A DNA stretch of 64,000 nt. It comes from Botryllus schlosseri (taxonomy: Eukaryota). Within the stretch, counting starts at the first letter, position 1. Each line of letters begins with the position of its first letter. Shown here in pieces: positions 26,046-39,468 of this stretch. A model generated the notes under the pieces. The model was not told the origin of the DNA. It made no database searches and saw nothing but the letters and a program-made list of their open reading frames with translations. A program made the translations under genes and the position numbers. The DNA lies in NCBI GenBank assembly GCA_051294905.1, contig CM119383.1:9238001-9302000 (forward strand). The letters run 5' to 3'.

Positions 26046-26845
26046 CAGAGTTCGCCAACTCAAAACTGGTCGCGGGCCACTTTTCAAATTTCGTAGCGGC
26101 CGCGGGCCGCATGAATTCAATATCGATATAAAGTAGACAACCACGATTTGAACTCTATATCAGTACACCGCTATTATACTTAACATAGACGATGGGCAAA
26201 GTGATCGCAAAATAAGTAATATTTTATTAAAGTAATAAAATACAACAAAAGATCATTGTCATCAATTTAATTTCATTTTGAACTCCGAGCTGTGCTCGAT
26301 ACCTGGAAACGCTTTCGGGGTCTAGATACGTTACCTGCCGAAAGACCATCCTCACGTAAAGCTTGATCTTGTGGGGAAACCCTAAGCCGGTGGTACTTAA
26401 ACCTTTTCAGACATGCCCCCTTAATGATACTGAAACATTTCGCGCCCTCCCTATCGTCATATCACAAAATGCATCCATAGTGCTAGCAATCCCAACGGCA
26501 TGGCGGCATGGAAGTTTATGGATGTTGATGAGAGAATTGTATAATATGAATTTCTGACTATACACAGAGCTATAACTATGGCTATGAATTCGAGGAAAAT
26601 CGAAATTTTGACCGCAGCTCCGCGCCCCCTTCAAATGCTTTCACGCTCCCCCCCAAGGGGGCGTGCCCCCAGTTTCAGAACCACTGCCCTAAGCCGTTTT
26701 CTAAGCGTCTCGGTCTTGGCAGCGTTTGGGTCATTGCACGGCAATTTCGACATTTCAAAATGTTTTATTAGCTTTTTTCCGAAATCTTAAATGAATTCGC
26801 GAGCCGCAAAGCATGAGCTCGCGGGCCGCGTGGTGGTGACCCCTG
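26046..26845. mobile_element. hAT-like MITE (middle element)
   Basis: Termini cagagttcgccaac ... ggtggtgacccctg, subterminal gcgggccgc motifs, perfect TSD ttttaaac. Confidence 0.85.
26388..26685. mobile_element. hAT-like MITE, cagtggttc family (inner element)
   Basis: Termini cggtggtacttaaac ... gtttcagaaccactg; perfect TSD ccctaagc. Confidence 0.88.
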
Positions 26846-29800
26846 TTTTAAACAGTGTTTTAAACAATGGCATTTTAAAATAAAACAAGACTGTGATTTT
26901 TGAAGTTTTGAATTTATGCCATAATTGTGTAAATACTTCCAAAAAACATGTTGTATGATCCTACGGACAATTACCACCCAATTTAGCCGACGTATATCGA
27001 TATGGTATGGTTGGAATCCTCAAAATAGTCGCTTCAACAGTTATAGTACTGCTATTTCGTCAAAGGAGCTATATTTACCCGATATTTTCTATTGTCAATG
27101 TCAATCCATTATGACGTCACAATGGAATATTCGTGACGTCATAACTTAAAAAAACATGTTTTAAATTAGGGCCTTGTTTTCACATGTTTGTTTTTAATTG
27201 ATTTTTGTTTTAAATGCAACCCTAATCATAACGCCTACTTCAACTACTTCACCCTTTATGGCAATCGAATTCGAAATGCAGTGGGAATTTCGTCACCGTG
27301 ACGTAATCATGCCAAATGTCATTTGAGGATGCCGTTCACAAGTCTGTTTATAGTTGTTACGATTAGGTCACAAAGACAGAATTCTAACCGTGTGTCGAGT
27401 GGAACTTTAATAGGTCATGGATCTTTTTTCTCTCACGGAACGGTTGTAAAAATATTAAGAACAATTGCAACACAGGCTTACAGCCACTACTAGTTCTAGA
27501 TCGGAGATGTCAGAAAAGTACTTGTACTGAAGCTGATTAGGCATGCCCATTGCCCATGCTCATGCGGGGCTGCCACTACTTGTGCTACACGTACTCCGGC
27601 GTTTTTAGACTATAGTATGATGTATATCTACTACTACAGTTCTGAACAGTTCAAATTCCAGCTACACTTTCAGCTATTCTGGCCAAGTCATGGCCACGAT
27701 GTGAGCTCTAATTTTCAATTTATTGCGAAGCAAAGGGCGATCATTGTATACGATGACTCTATGGTCGATGTGAATATTCATATGTAGGCCTATGAATTTC
27801 GCACGAATTCAGGCAAGCAATCTTCTCACGGTACGTAGGTCCGTGCTCGTACCTCATATACAAATATACGTAGGTCCAAACCTCGTAACTCATATACAAA
27901 AACTATACACATTCGAGTATCAAGAGTTGTTGCATGTCTATGCAAACGCAAGCCCTGATTCGCACCAATCCCACTATAACTGACGTTGCCAGAGAAAAGT
28001 CTGGGTACATTCGTGTTTGGTACTTCTACGAAATATCAGATGCCTTTATTCTCTACTAGACCGTTCAAGCGTATACTGTAATACGTTTGCTATACAGACA
28101 CGAAGTATCGTCAGACGCGCATCGATCAAAACTCAGTGATAACTGCGAATAGTAATCGATACTGCAGCGATGGGCAATGGGCATTGTAAAAACTGCGAAG
28201 TCATGCCATGCTGCACGCCTGTCGCCGGCCTTCTCGCAAAAGCGTCCCATATGTAACTCTACTGAATCAATCCAGCCGAAGGTGTCTTTTATATGATCGT
28301 GTGCACTTATGTGCAACGGCAACTTTTACTTCCCTTGGGCGAGATTTGAGAGATTCCATAAAAAGTAAACATTTGAACATGCTGTATGTTTGCTCTAGTC
28401 CAGTCATGATAAGATAATGGTGGTGTGTTTTGCGGATATTGATGAAACGTGGTGCAATAGTCTGAAGGCAGAACGTTGCGTCATGTAAGGCGTCACTTAG
28501 TGACCTAATAAGGAGAAAGCGTATCGTATGGTGGACCTCGTCTTCATTCATCATTACTAATATTTCATCGATACAAAGCAGAGAGATATGATATTCTTTT
28601 TCGCCATCGAGATGGTTTGACGACGGAGATGCGATACGACCGTAAAGTCATAAGTCTGCACCAACCTATCAAGAAGCCGGACGCATTACCAATCACCATT
28701 ACACTATCTCGGTTTCCTTAAATAGCTCAGAGGTGCTTAAAGTAGCCGAGAAAGCTATTCAAGTAAAAGTGGCAAGTAGGCTATTAGTAGAAGCAGCCCA
28801 AAACTACTAGGTCACAAAATATCACCAAGTAAGAGTGACGGAAAATTATATTTGCTTTAGTAGGTGTTGAAGCCTAGGTAGGGAAAACCTACTTAAGTTA
28901 CTGAAGCTACTTAAGTTAAGTAGCATACTTCGAAAAAGTATAAGTACTCGTGTAGGCTACTTCGTTACTGACCGAGTGACCGTCTCTGCAATTAGGCTAT
29001 GATGGAGCATGGTGTATTACATCGCACTGGCCACTGTGTCTTGTGCATCGCATTGTATGTACACTTTGTACAGTACAAGCTACAGATGCTACCTGTAAGA
29101 CGTAGACCTATACGTACACTGTACACCAGGGGCCGGCAACCTTTTGTGTGCATAGCGTGGCAAAATGTCAAAAAATGTCAGATTTTTACCAGCTTGCGTG
29201 CCAAACAATCAATTTAATAATATTTAACGTTTCAAGCAACCACCAACAGTTTTTCTGCAGTTGGCAACGGAAACCGTCACGCCAGTGATTCTTGAATTAT
29301 TGGTCGCGAAGGGAATACATTTTTAGTCCCTACCGCACCCGACCTAGCTATCGCTTACATGTAAGAATAATATTTACATGATTTATTTTCAGTCGCGCAA
29401 TGATAGATCCTCTGTGTCCTCGGAGGACGCCCAAATGTCCTCTTTTTTGAAAATTTATCCTTTTTTTTTTATTTTGGTTAAGCGTATAGGCTAAAATTCA
29501 ACGAAGAAATAGGAAATCAGTACTCAAGTGACGGTCTGGTGGGACTTTCGGGAGTTGAGCTACAAAGTTGACTTTTTTGTATTTTTTTAGTCAACCATTT
29601 ACAAAATTGCAACAAATTTATCCATTTTTTTTTATTTTACTCCGCTATTGTAAGTCTGGAAATTTTTGAAAAGTGTTCCATTTTCAGATTCCCAAAATAT
29701 GGTAACCCTGGGTAAAGATTGTCGTTGCTTCAGATATATTTGAATTGCTTGCAACTAGTCGAAACTAAAAGGATATCTCTGTCTGAGAGATGAACACGAC

Positions 29801-30411
29801 TCCAGATTCGCATTTCGACACGGGGCTCATTATTTTCCTCGGCAGGTCTCATTTGATACATACGACTCAACCTGCGGGCACTGGACTATTCGGCGCTGGT
29901 CATTTTGGCGGATGGACACTGGACAGTGGACATACCAAAGTCGGTCGTTTTAGCCAGCATGTGGCAGTTATTTTGTTTCACGGCTTATCGTCGCCAATGG
30001 TTTTGGCAACGCATACACCGCACAGGAGTCGCATGTTCACCGAAACTATATGTATAGGTCGTGTCAGCGTGAAAATGCCCAGCGCCGGAATATGCCGGTT
30101 CATAAGTTGCCCTCCCGTCGTAGGCTGCACAGTGAACACTCCTAAGGCATCGAAATGGTTTCATACGGTATTCGGCTGACGTTTTTTTCATATCTGCTAA
30201 TACGGTTGACTCATTTCTGTACATTATGCATAGCTTTTAAAAACATTTTCTATATACATATATATTTATTTATTGGGGGTTTCACATTATAGTCAAGACA
30301 TCGAGTCCAATAAATCGCGCGAAGCGTGGAAAATAATTTCAACATATGTAAAATCTTCCCTAAAAGACTCTATTTTATGTTGATTACGTAATAATTTTTG
30401 ATCGCCTACGC

Positions 30412-30692
30412 CAGTGGTTCTCAGCCTTTTTTTAGACACGCGCGCCCCTTTATGATAGTGAAAAATTTCTCGCCACCTTATCGTCATATCACAAAATCCA
30501 ACCGGGATGCTAGTAATCCCAACAGATTGTTTGATGGCATCGAAAGTTATGACTGTTGATGAGAGAATTCAGAAATATGAAATTTGGTCTATATATAGAG
30601 GTAAATCACGCAGAGCGCGAATAATTTTTTCAGTTGACCTCTTCTTCGCGCCCCCTTCAGATGCTTCCACACCCCAAGGTCGAGGACCACTG
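30412..30692. mobile_element. hAT-like MITE, cagtggttc family
   Basis: TIR cagtggttctc ... gaggaccactg; perfect TSD gcctacgc; internal similarity to the 26388 and 18351 elements. Confidence 0.88.
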
Positions 30693-32419
30693 GCCTACGC
30701 CATACGAGCTTTGTACATTTTGAAAACTTCTGTTTCATTTTTGGAAAACATGGTTATAATAGTTGGCGTCAAACATCTGGCGTGCCATGAAAAATCATTT
30801 CGCATGCCACAAATGGCACACGTGCCAGGGTTTGCCGACCCCTGCAGTGTAGGCTACATTGTTTGTGCAATATGCATTGTGTCTTGAGCGGATAAAAATA
30901 ATGGAACCGCTGTTTATGATTCGGAACTGGCTCCTACTCCCGAGTAAATTTGCACTCCGACGACTTTTTACTGATGTCAATAAAATCATTGCATTTGTGA
31001 TACGACAGCAGCACATCATTATATATAGCGAGTCCGCCCTGTCGCAGATCCTTTCATTCGACATTAGCATCTATATGCAACTTTTACTATCGCTTTCTAG
31101 CATTCACTACAAAATTACAGGAAACATGGTGAAATATGTCCTTGTGTCTAACCTTTACCGTTTCCACTGTTAAATTTACTTGGAGACCTCCCGTGGAAGT
31201 AGGATGGAATTTGTTATCCACCGCCAAAAATTTCAAATGGTGCAAGAACGAAACTGCATCACGTTGTTGCAACTAATCTGTCGGCACGTGCTACAACGAC
31301 CTCGATAATCTCCTGAATTAATGACAAACGTTTGTTCGATGACCCCTGGGCATGATTTGATTTGCGGGAATTTAGACAGGATGTTGACGCATATATGGCA
31401 TTTACGCCACAATGATACTATATAGAAATTGAAAAATAAAATAAAAATAAAATAATTAAATTAATTTCTATAATGATACGAATATCAATTCCATTGTCTT
31501 CAATCCTGATTCCTGAATCCCTATACAGTCTTGTACACTGAGTATACATTATCATATGCCATGTTCATACCAATTATAGCAGGCCTAGGGCAATCAGAAT
31601 TCGCGAAATTAATAATGTACGCTCGAATAATTTATATATTTCAAGAAAGTTAGGACACAAGGAATAAGGCCGGTACGCACGAGACTTTGAGACAGCTTTC
31701 TGATTCATAACGTCACACAGCTCTTGCATCTTGCACTTAAGGTTATAGCGTTAATACTCGCAACAGAATCTCTACATTGTGTTCTTGTCAAAATTTCACT
31801 ATTCTATAGCTATAATATCATTCATATCTCATGATGCGGTCGCATGCTTATGCTGTTGAAAATATATATCTCTAGCATGGGATAGCAACACAGGCCGAGT
31901 TCTCTGTACCGTTTGCATATATCAATTTCCAGGTGTATGAGGCGTCTTATGACTACTTTTCAAAACTATACTTACTTAAGCTACATGCGTAGTTTCAAAG
32001 AGAGTAGATTTCACTTCTACTATAGTAGTTTAGGACTGCGTAGCACTATTTCTACTCGTATTTGAGTAGTCTATACTTGACTACTTTGACCACCTCTGCA
32101 TCGTACAAGTGCAACGTCAGTCCAGTGCCGATCGACGATCCGTGACACCATCTGGAACATTGTAACTCGATGGGCAGACCTGCTTCATACGCGAGTGGCA
32201 TATCAAAATCTTAGCTTTAAAAGAGACACAACACAAAATACGAATTTATTCCGTCGAAATGGTATCGAATGACGTGGCCGATGCGTCTCCAACCGTGCTG
32301 TCATGTGTTTGAAATTAGGCTGATATGACGTCAAAGCAGTGCGAAGCAGGGCCTTCAAGTGCTACTGAGATTTCGAATCGGTAATCTTATTACTCCGTAA
32401 CTCAGTCCTCGTTGGGTAA

Positions 32420-32903
32420 CAGGCAGATGAGATTTGCATGGATTAGGATTAGGATTTGAAATACAGGATTTGTTCAATTTTGTCAGATTTGGATTGGAGT
32501 TTTTTTTTTCTTAACGGATTAGGATTTGGATTGGATTTATCGATTTTTCTGGGGGATTGATATGTCGTGTGGCGAACGGCGACAAACTTTATTCAGACCA
32601 GTTATTAATGTACTTATGGTGCACTACACTATGGTAAACTCGGTGCCAATGAGCATGAGAGAGGTGCATACTGCATAGCCCGTATTCCACGTAATCTTGA
32701 ATCAAGAGAATTGTTGGTTGCGAAACAAAATTTCCAATTTCTCCCTTGCATAAATTGGTTCTTTTTCTAAATTTCCAGTTGAATCGGATTAGGACTGGAC
32801 AGTGGACATGGACTTGAATATACAAAAGTTCTGGATTAGGATTTGAAGCTTCGGATTTGAATCGGATTAGAACATAGAAATTCCAAATCCGCTCATCTCT
32901 GGT
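32420..32903. mobile_element. MITE with (ggatt) subterminal repeats
   Basis: Right end aatccgctcatctctgg with ggattaggatttgg arrays; the left end is degenerate. Confidence 0.55.
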
Positions 32904-33160
32904 AACTCGTGGCTTTGTAATTAGGCTACTGAGCGAATCTTGACAGATAAAAGGCATCTAGGTGGCTTTGCTCCATTTATCACTGTATACAAACTCTTCC
33001 TCCCATTCTGTTCAAGTTATTCCTGTTGAAACTTTTTCTTCTTAGAATTAGGCTATCTCGTAATCTTGGTCAAACTATGAAGTTGTAAAGCCTTTACAAT
33101 ACAAATGGAAGAGCCATCATGGTTTGCCAGGAAATGATCGTGACCTGCGCTATAGTACTA

Positions 33161-34079
33161 AGTGTTGGAATGACTCGAGTCATGACTTGACTCGAGTCGG
33201 ACTCGAGTCACCTTTTTCGTATGACTTGACTTGACTCGAGTCACTTTGCTAAAATGACTCGACCTGACTTGACTCGGTGTATCAGAAATGTGGATTGACT
33301 CGTGACTCGGAGCAAAATTCACGAGTCAATTTCAAGTCATCAAGTAATCGGTGTCGCTAACAATCACTTTATCTTGCATATGTTCGCATTGTTCGCGAAA
33401 CGCTGATGTAGCCCGTGAGATCGACCAATAATTCCATGGCCGTGCGTTTTACTGAGCCTCCATTGCTCCCTCACTAATAAATTGACCGCAAACGCAGTGA
33501 TCGAAGCTTACAGCTTTCGTTGTCGTAAACTAGTATAAGTAATTTATAGCAAAATATCTATTTCTGTTGTTACCTTAACAAAACCTCTTGTTTTGTTGAA
33601 ATTGAATTCGAATATCGTTCATATAGTCGATCCTCAATCATTGGCGCAGGCTCAAATTGTATCATATCGATTTGTAAATGGGAAATGTGTGGCATCTCAT
33701 CAATTCGTTTCTCTGTTCTCTAACTATAAACTGAGGCTATGCAATTACTTACGTGGTTAGCAGTTCTACGTATATGTTAGCGATACAGCGCCTTATTCCT
33801 GCGTGTATAACTCTATATTCGTTCATCGCTTCAAAATCAATGACCACTTAATGTGTATTTCAGACAGCTAGCAAAATGCCATGACGTAGCCCTGCCTCAT
33901 ACATACTTCGCAAAGGCAACTTGACTTGAATTGTGACTTGACTCGTGACTTGACTTGACTTGACTCGACTTGACTCGAGTCACCTTCGAAAATCGATCGA
34001 CTTGACTCGACTCGAGTCAAAATGTGTAATGAATCGAAATGACTCGTGACTCGGAGGTAGTGACTTGATCCCAACACTG
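33161..34079. mobile_element. hAT-like non-autonomous element with gacttgactcgagtc subterminal arrays
   Basis: TIR agtgttggaa ... tcccaacactg; homologous in opposite orientation to 45796-47664. Confidence 0.85.
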
Positions 34080-34789
34080 GGAACACATTTATTTATCATT
34101 AATTGACGACCAATGACCATGACCAATGACCATTCATCATTATTGCGGGTGAAACGTTTATGTGAACTCGATTCATTAGCTCAATTGAGAAGTTCTGACC
34201 CTGTTTGCCACCTTACCCTAAATCTTACAGGTGTTACGTATAAGTCACAAGGAAAGAAACAACACGAATAAAATTCGCATAATTTTAATACGTGATAGAA
34301 TGCATCAGCTAATAATTAATCAGGTTATTAAACCCCTCTAGCAAAATGGCGAAACGCATGTGCACTGTGCAAGTGCAATCATTAAAGAGCCGCAGATTGC
34401 CCACCCCTGGCCTAACCTATGGTAACTCTAATAAGTAGGCTACTACAGATAATCAAGGAAAACCGGTTTACCTTGGTTATCTATAATAAGTAATACTTGG
34501 CGGTTGTTCTGAACTGGAGATTTTAGATGCTGATGTCGATTTTTGGTCATTCTAATTTATATTTTGGGAATCAGTAAGACAGTAGCTTTCGATCAAGACC
34601 AGATTCAGTAAATTCTGCGTCCTGGATGATAACCTGTCCGGCTATCCGACAGTCGTCGAGCATGTCCAAATACAAGCAATATTTTCTAAATGAATACTAG
34701 TCAGCCTTCAGGGTAACCGGACCACGGCATAACATCGATCTCGCCTTCCGCCGCATTCCACCTCATTTTGTCGCTTGCCTTTTATATTA

Positions 34790-34950
34790 TCTGCTTTACG
34801 TTTCATTCAGTGTGTAATGTGCATGCCTCTTCTTCACTTCTCCTTGGCCAAGGTGTGTGTCTGATCCCAAAGACTACTCCAAGTCGTTTCGACGCCGTCG
34901 TATCTTTTCATTTTATCGCAGTTTTGTGGTGTTTTGAAAATGATGAAAAT
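34790..34950. repeat. Dispersed repeat with 3 copies in the window (also about 45095-45340 in the same orientation and about 41595-41700 inverted)
   Basis: Shared core gtgcatgcctc...ggccaaggtg...aagactactccaagtcgtt...ttttgtggtg...gaaatgatgaaa. Confidence 0.7.
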
Positions 34951-35419
34951 ATTAATAAAACAGATCGAACTTTTGGATTTCCAAAAACCTTACGGACCCT
35001 GCCTCAGCGAAGCGGAACGAAGCTGCAAAATCGGTCGTTGTCATTCCATGTTTACATTCGATTATCACTGCCTGGTCACCCTGGCGTCGTATTGTATTGT
35101 ATTGTATATACTTGTCGACCGGTTTTGATTGCGCGCTGTTACTACTTATACAGTTTACAGTATATGTTTTCTTAGCGCTGTGCAACTCGAAGTGAAGCCG
35201 CGGAAATCACTTGAATTGGTTCGTTGGATGGTATTTGCCATTGGCTTCCGTCGGTTTAGCTGGGAATTTGGCAAAAGGTACCGTACATGTATGGTCGGTG
35301 TATTGCTTATATTTAAGTATTGTATGTATTGTAGCTTTTGATGATGCTGGGCATTAAGAAACTGCTAATACTTACTTTCGGATTCTATACAGTGGAATGG
35401 AATAGGGCCTAGTACCAAC

Positions 35420-36049
35420 CAGGGTTGTAATGACACGACTCATCTCATGACTCAACTCGACTCGAGTCGTGAGATGATTCCACTTGGCTCGAGTCATTTT
35501 ATACAAATGCAACTAGATGACTCAACTTTGACTCAAGTCATTGAGCGTGACTCTGCGCACCAAGTCATATGGCTCGAGTCATTTTATCAAAATGCAAAGA
35601 TGACTCAACTTTCACTCAAGTCTCAGACGACCGAGATCGACACTTCATTATAATTTCGAAGAACAGTAAAGTAACCAGTAACCACACTGTTGGTATTTTG
35701 CTTATTTGGTAGCCTACTGGTACTCGAAAATGCGATTACCAGTGAACTCGACCAGAAACTGACATTAAAAGTGAGGAAATTAGTATATTTTGAATGTGAA
35801 CCATTCGATATCACCAAACAGAGTTATAAAAAGTGGTTTTAACAAGACTTCAACTCGAAACTGACCAGGCAACGCAACGCAATGACTTGGACTCGGACTT
35901 GAGTCATAATACCACGACTCCGACTCGACCCTCTGCTCGCTGACTTGACTCGGTGGTGAAATTAAAAATCACTCGACTTGACTCGAGTCAAAAGTATAAA
36001 AGTGAGATTGACTTCTGACTCGGAGACTTGTGACTTGGTTACAACCCTG
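35420..36049. mobile_element. hAT-like MITE with gactcgagtc repeats
   Basis: TIR cagggttgtaa ... ttacaaccctg; homologous to 9436-9806. Confidence 0.82.
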
Positions 36050-36154
36050 CCTAATACAATTGGAATGCTGAAGCACTTCGAACTCTGCACTGTTGATCTC
36101 TTGTGGTGTGAAAAAGTTCACGTACTAAATTCGGCACTATTAGGGTTACAGAAG

Positions 36155-36650
36155 GAGGATATTAGGGTTGGGGGAGAGGGGGATTGGAGGTGGGGTAGGG
36201 TATCCCAAGATTAGGGTTGGGGGAAAGGGGGATATCAGGGTTAGGGGAGAGGTGGGTTAGGTTCAAAGTTGGGGTTAGATTACCCTCAACCGGGTTTTAA
36301 CCCACCTCCAATCTCCCTTTCCCCCAACCCTAATATTCCCTCTCGCACAGCCCTAATATACCCCTTTCCCCAACCCTAATCTTGGGATACCCTACCCCAA
36401 CTTTGACCCTAACCCACCTCCAATCCTAATATCATGCTAACTCCCAACCCTAATACCCCGCCTCTCCCAACCCAAATCGTGGGATAACCTAACCCCAACT
36501 TTGACCCTAAACCACCTCCAATCCCCCTTTCCCCCAACCCTATAATATCCCCCTTCCCTAACATCCCCCAACCCTAATCTTGGGATACCTAACCCCGACT
36601 TTGACCCTAACACACTTCCGATCTCCCTTTCCCCCACCCTAATATCCGTC
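36155..36650. repeat. G/C-skewed inverted satellite with TTAGGG-like motifs
   Basis: G-rich block 36155-36280 followed by about 4 reverse-complement units of about 90 bp (ccccaaccctaat...cttgggataccc...aactttgaccctaa). Confidence 0.85.
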
Positions 36651-37427
36651 TCTCCAAAGGCACAAAAAACAATTCATTTTGACGTTTATAAACTATTATT
36701 CGTGTTCATGGAAAACATTCATTGGTGATCATGGTGAACACTTTAAATCTCTGACTGCCATCGAGGAAGTGCCCTAATTTCAATCTGTTACTCAAAGAAA
36801 ATTCTCATTACATGCAATCAATTGCGGAAATAACACCTTGATTTTTCCCCGATTAATCAAGTGAACCAGATACAGAAAGTGATAAGCTTCTGTTTGTCAC
36901 AGCATACTTAATTCAGTCAATTGTAGTCACTAATGCAACGGTCAAGTATAATGTAAATTATGTAAAGATGCACAAGTGCTCTGTATGTGGAGGTTCTTCA
37001 TATCTCAGCTTCAGTTGAAATTACGAATTTTTGGTCACAGACACAACTGATGTTTTTCTTTACCAATGTATCATCGATTGTAATTTTGTTACCATACGAA
37101 TCAAACGTAGGTATCATCATTCGTAACGTGTCATTAGTATCAGTAGTATGAGTTAGTATCAGTGTATGTTTTGATTATTTACGGGTAACCTGGATGGTCT
37201 TATTTCACAGTGTGTCAACACATTTCAAGAGTATGGTTTCCTAATTACAGTGAACTGATGTCTGTGTGTTCAGCCCGAAATTGATAGGTATCTTTTAATG
37301 ATCATTTTCAGTAATTGAAATATATGAACGGGAAATTGTGTTTCAGACTTCCAGTAATATATCATGTCATATCATATTATGTTCCTTTTACAGAGCAAAT
37401 TTTTCTACACAATACTTGGTTTGTCAG

Positions 37428-39309
37428 ATGATGGACATGACAAAAACAGAATTTCCTAAAAGGTAGGCTACCGTGTACGGTTCTTGTTTCATTCAAATTT
37501 ATTTTGGTTTTGACGAATTCCGATCTAGGGTGATCCAGTCAATTGAGAAGTCGAAAAATGACAAGAGAGAATACCGGGGCCTCATCCTCCAAAATCACAT
37601 GAAGGTGATGTTGATAAGCGACCCTGACACCGATAAAGCAGCCGCCTCACTTGATGTGAATGTAGGTACGAAACATGACACAGGTCGCAGTGTAGCCTAT
37701 AACATAGAATTCAGTTTATAGAGACGTTTTGTCTCGACATACACATTCCATAAACATTGTTGAAACCTGTCACATTATCTGTAGCAATCTATAGCACAAG
37801 GTGTCTGAGGTGGTCAAAGTAGTGTGTTGCCACTTAACCCTTTTAAAATCTGATTCCGTATACGGAATCGGTCAACTTCATCGGGCCCTATCTTTATTTG
37901 TCTACGTCATATAGGCTTCATTTTTGTTTGTAGGGAAAGCTAGCAATCTTCTGATTCTTGTGATACCAGGTTTATATGTATAAGTCGAATATCTTTTAAA
38001 CACCAGCGATTTTACACGAGACGCTCGGTCGAAAATAGACGAGTCCAGCGCTTGAAATGCGTCAGCCAACTTTATGCGTACATCGACATACGGCTATTAG
38101 CTGTGCTCAGTCAGCCGTGATGAGCCGGCATCGCCGTCGAATAACGCACCTACCGAAATTCTGAACAATCAGCTCAGCATTCCCTACGTAATACCGAGAT
38201 GAATAATGCTAGAGAATTGAGTGATGTTTTGTTGAAAAGATATTATCATAATCTCTGAAGTAGGTTATGTTCGAGAACGCAGAACGAGGCTACCATAGTT
38301 CACACCAGGTCATAAACACAAAATTGCTGATCAGAACAGACACTTTTCCATCTTCAGCAGACCATAGCACTATGATACCTCTTGTGGATAGCTGTTTCTT
38401 AGGCGTAAAACGCTAGAGGGCAATCTTCTCGTTACTATGATACCAAACACGCCTTGCTTGAGCGTGTAGATGTAACTTAATCGCAATTTTAGCAAACCGA
38501 TTCAAATTCGGTGAAAAGTGCAGATTTTAAAAGGGTTAAGTAGAAATAGCAGTAAATTTCTACACATTTACAAGAAGTAGCAATTTTGAAGAGGCAACAA
38601 AACTAATTCAAGTTAAGTAGAAAATGAAGTTCTGAAAAGTAGGCCTACTTGAGTAAGTAGTAAGCTACAAGTAGGCAAAACCTACTTGAGTACTTGGAAA
38701 AAGGAGAAGTACTTCGTTTCTGACATTGTGGGAGATACTGTATCATTTTTGCCAGTTACTGGAAGCTAATGAATCTAATGCTTTTGGAAACATGTGACAA
38801 AAGTTGTATTATATTATTCTTTGTATTAGGGTCATTACAGTAGATACGACAAAAATGTGCGGCTTCATGTTAGCCGTTGCTTGGTTACAGATGTTGCTCC
38901 TCCTCAATTGCAGTTGGCAAAGTAACAAACCTATTTGAAATAGGCTGGTGTTCAGTGTAACCACATGTACTGAGTTTGCCTTCACCAATTATCTCATTGC
39001 TGTACACGAGTCATTATCTATTCCCATTTGTATTGTAGGCTTCGAGTCAGATCCTCACGACCTACCGGGTCTCGCTCATTTTTGCGAGCATATGCTATTT
39101 CTTGGAACGGAAAAGTACCCGAAAGAAGACGAGTACTCTAAAGTAACACTGGATATCTTATGTTTTAATTTCGATATCATAATTCAAGACCTCCCATTTT
39201 TTCAGTTTATTAGTCAACATGCAGGGTCTTCAAATGCGTATACCGACTGTGACCATACCAACTATCATTTTGATATCGGCCATGAGCATTTGGAAGGTGC
39301 TCTCGACAG
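37428..39309 (+). pseudogene. IDE: 5' fragment (4 exons, about 126 codons) of insulin-degrading enzyme / M16A peptidase, apparently truncated
   Basis: Exons 37428-37462, 37529-37665, 39039-39142 and 39206-39309 splice in frame: ...[107 protein letters not shown]. Contains the inverted zinc motif HFCEH. No following IDE exon (FAQFF...-like) was seen anywhere downstream in the window. Confidence 0.85.
37838..38535. mobile_element. TTAA-flanked MITE (piggyBac-type) in IDE intron 2
   Basis: TTAA|cccttttaaaatctg ... cagattttaaaaggg|TTAA, inserted into a gaggtggtcaaagtag-family element. Confidence 0.88.
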
Positions 39310-39468
39310 GTTGGTATAGCATATTAGTTGTTATTGCTGCTGCACGAAAACTTTACACAATGTTTGTTTTGGTGCTGACAAAGTTGAGTGATAAATAGGT
39401 ATCATATGCTCAAGTAAGTAAACTGTTCTTGCTTCACCCTGCTTGTGTTCGGTTTGATGCCTGTATAG

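Larger units (their letters stand above)
25986..27224. mobile_element. hAT-like MITE (outer element of a triple nest)
   Basis: TIR tagggttgcatttaaaaca ... ttttaaatgcaacccta; perfect 8-bp TSD atcataac (25978-25985, 27225-27232). Confidence 0.9.

Noticed and set aside
28065-28554. Overlapping 85-95 aa ORFs
   Set aside because: No recognisable motifs or consistent splice partners.
33161-34079. Arrays of palindromic gactcgagtc / gacttgactc words (also 9640-9790, 35440-36030, 45830-45970, 47500-47655) resembling a CRISPR or operator array
   Set aside because: Spacing is irregular, there are no unique spacers or cas genes, the context is eukaryotic, and the arrays are subterminal repeats inside TIR-bounded elements.
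36155-36650. Interstitial telomere or chromosome-fusion site
   Set aside because: TTAGGG words are isolated within a longer complex unit; there is no (TTAGGG)n tract.
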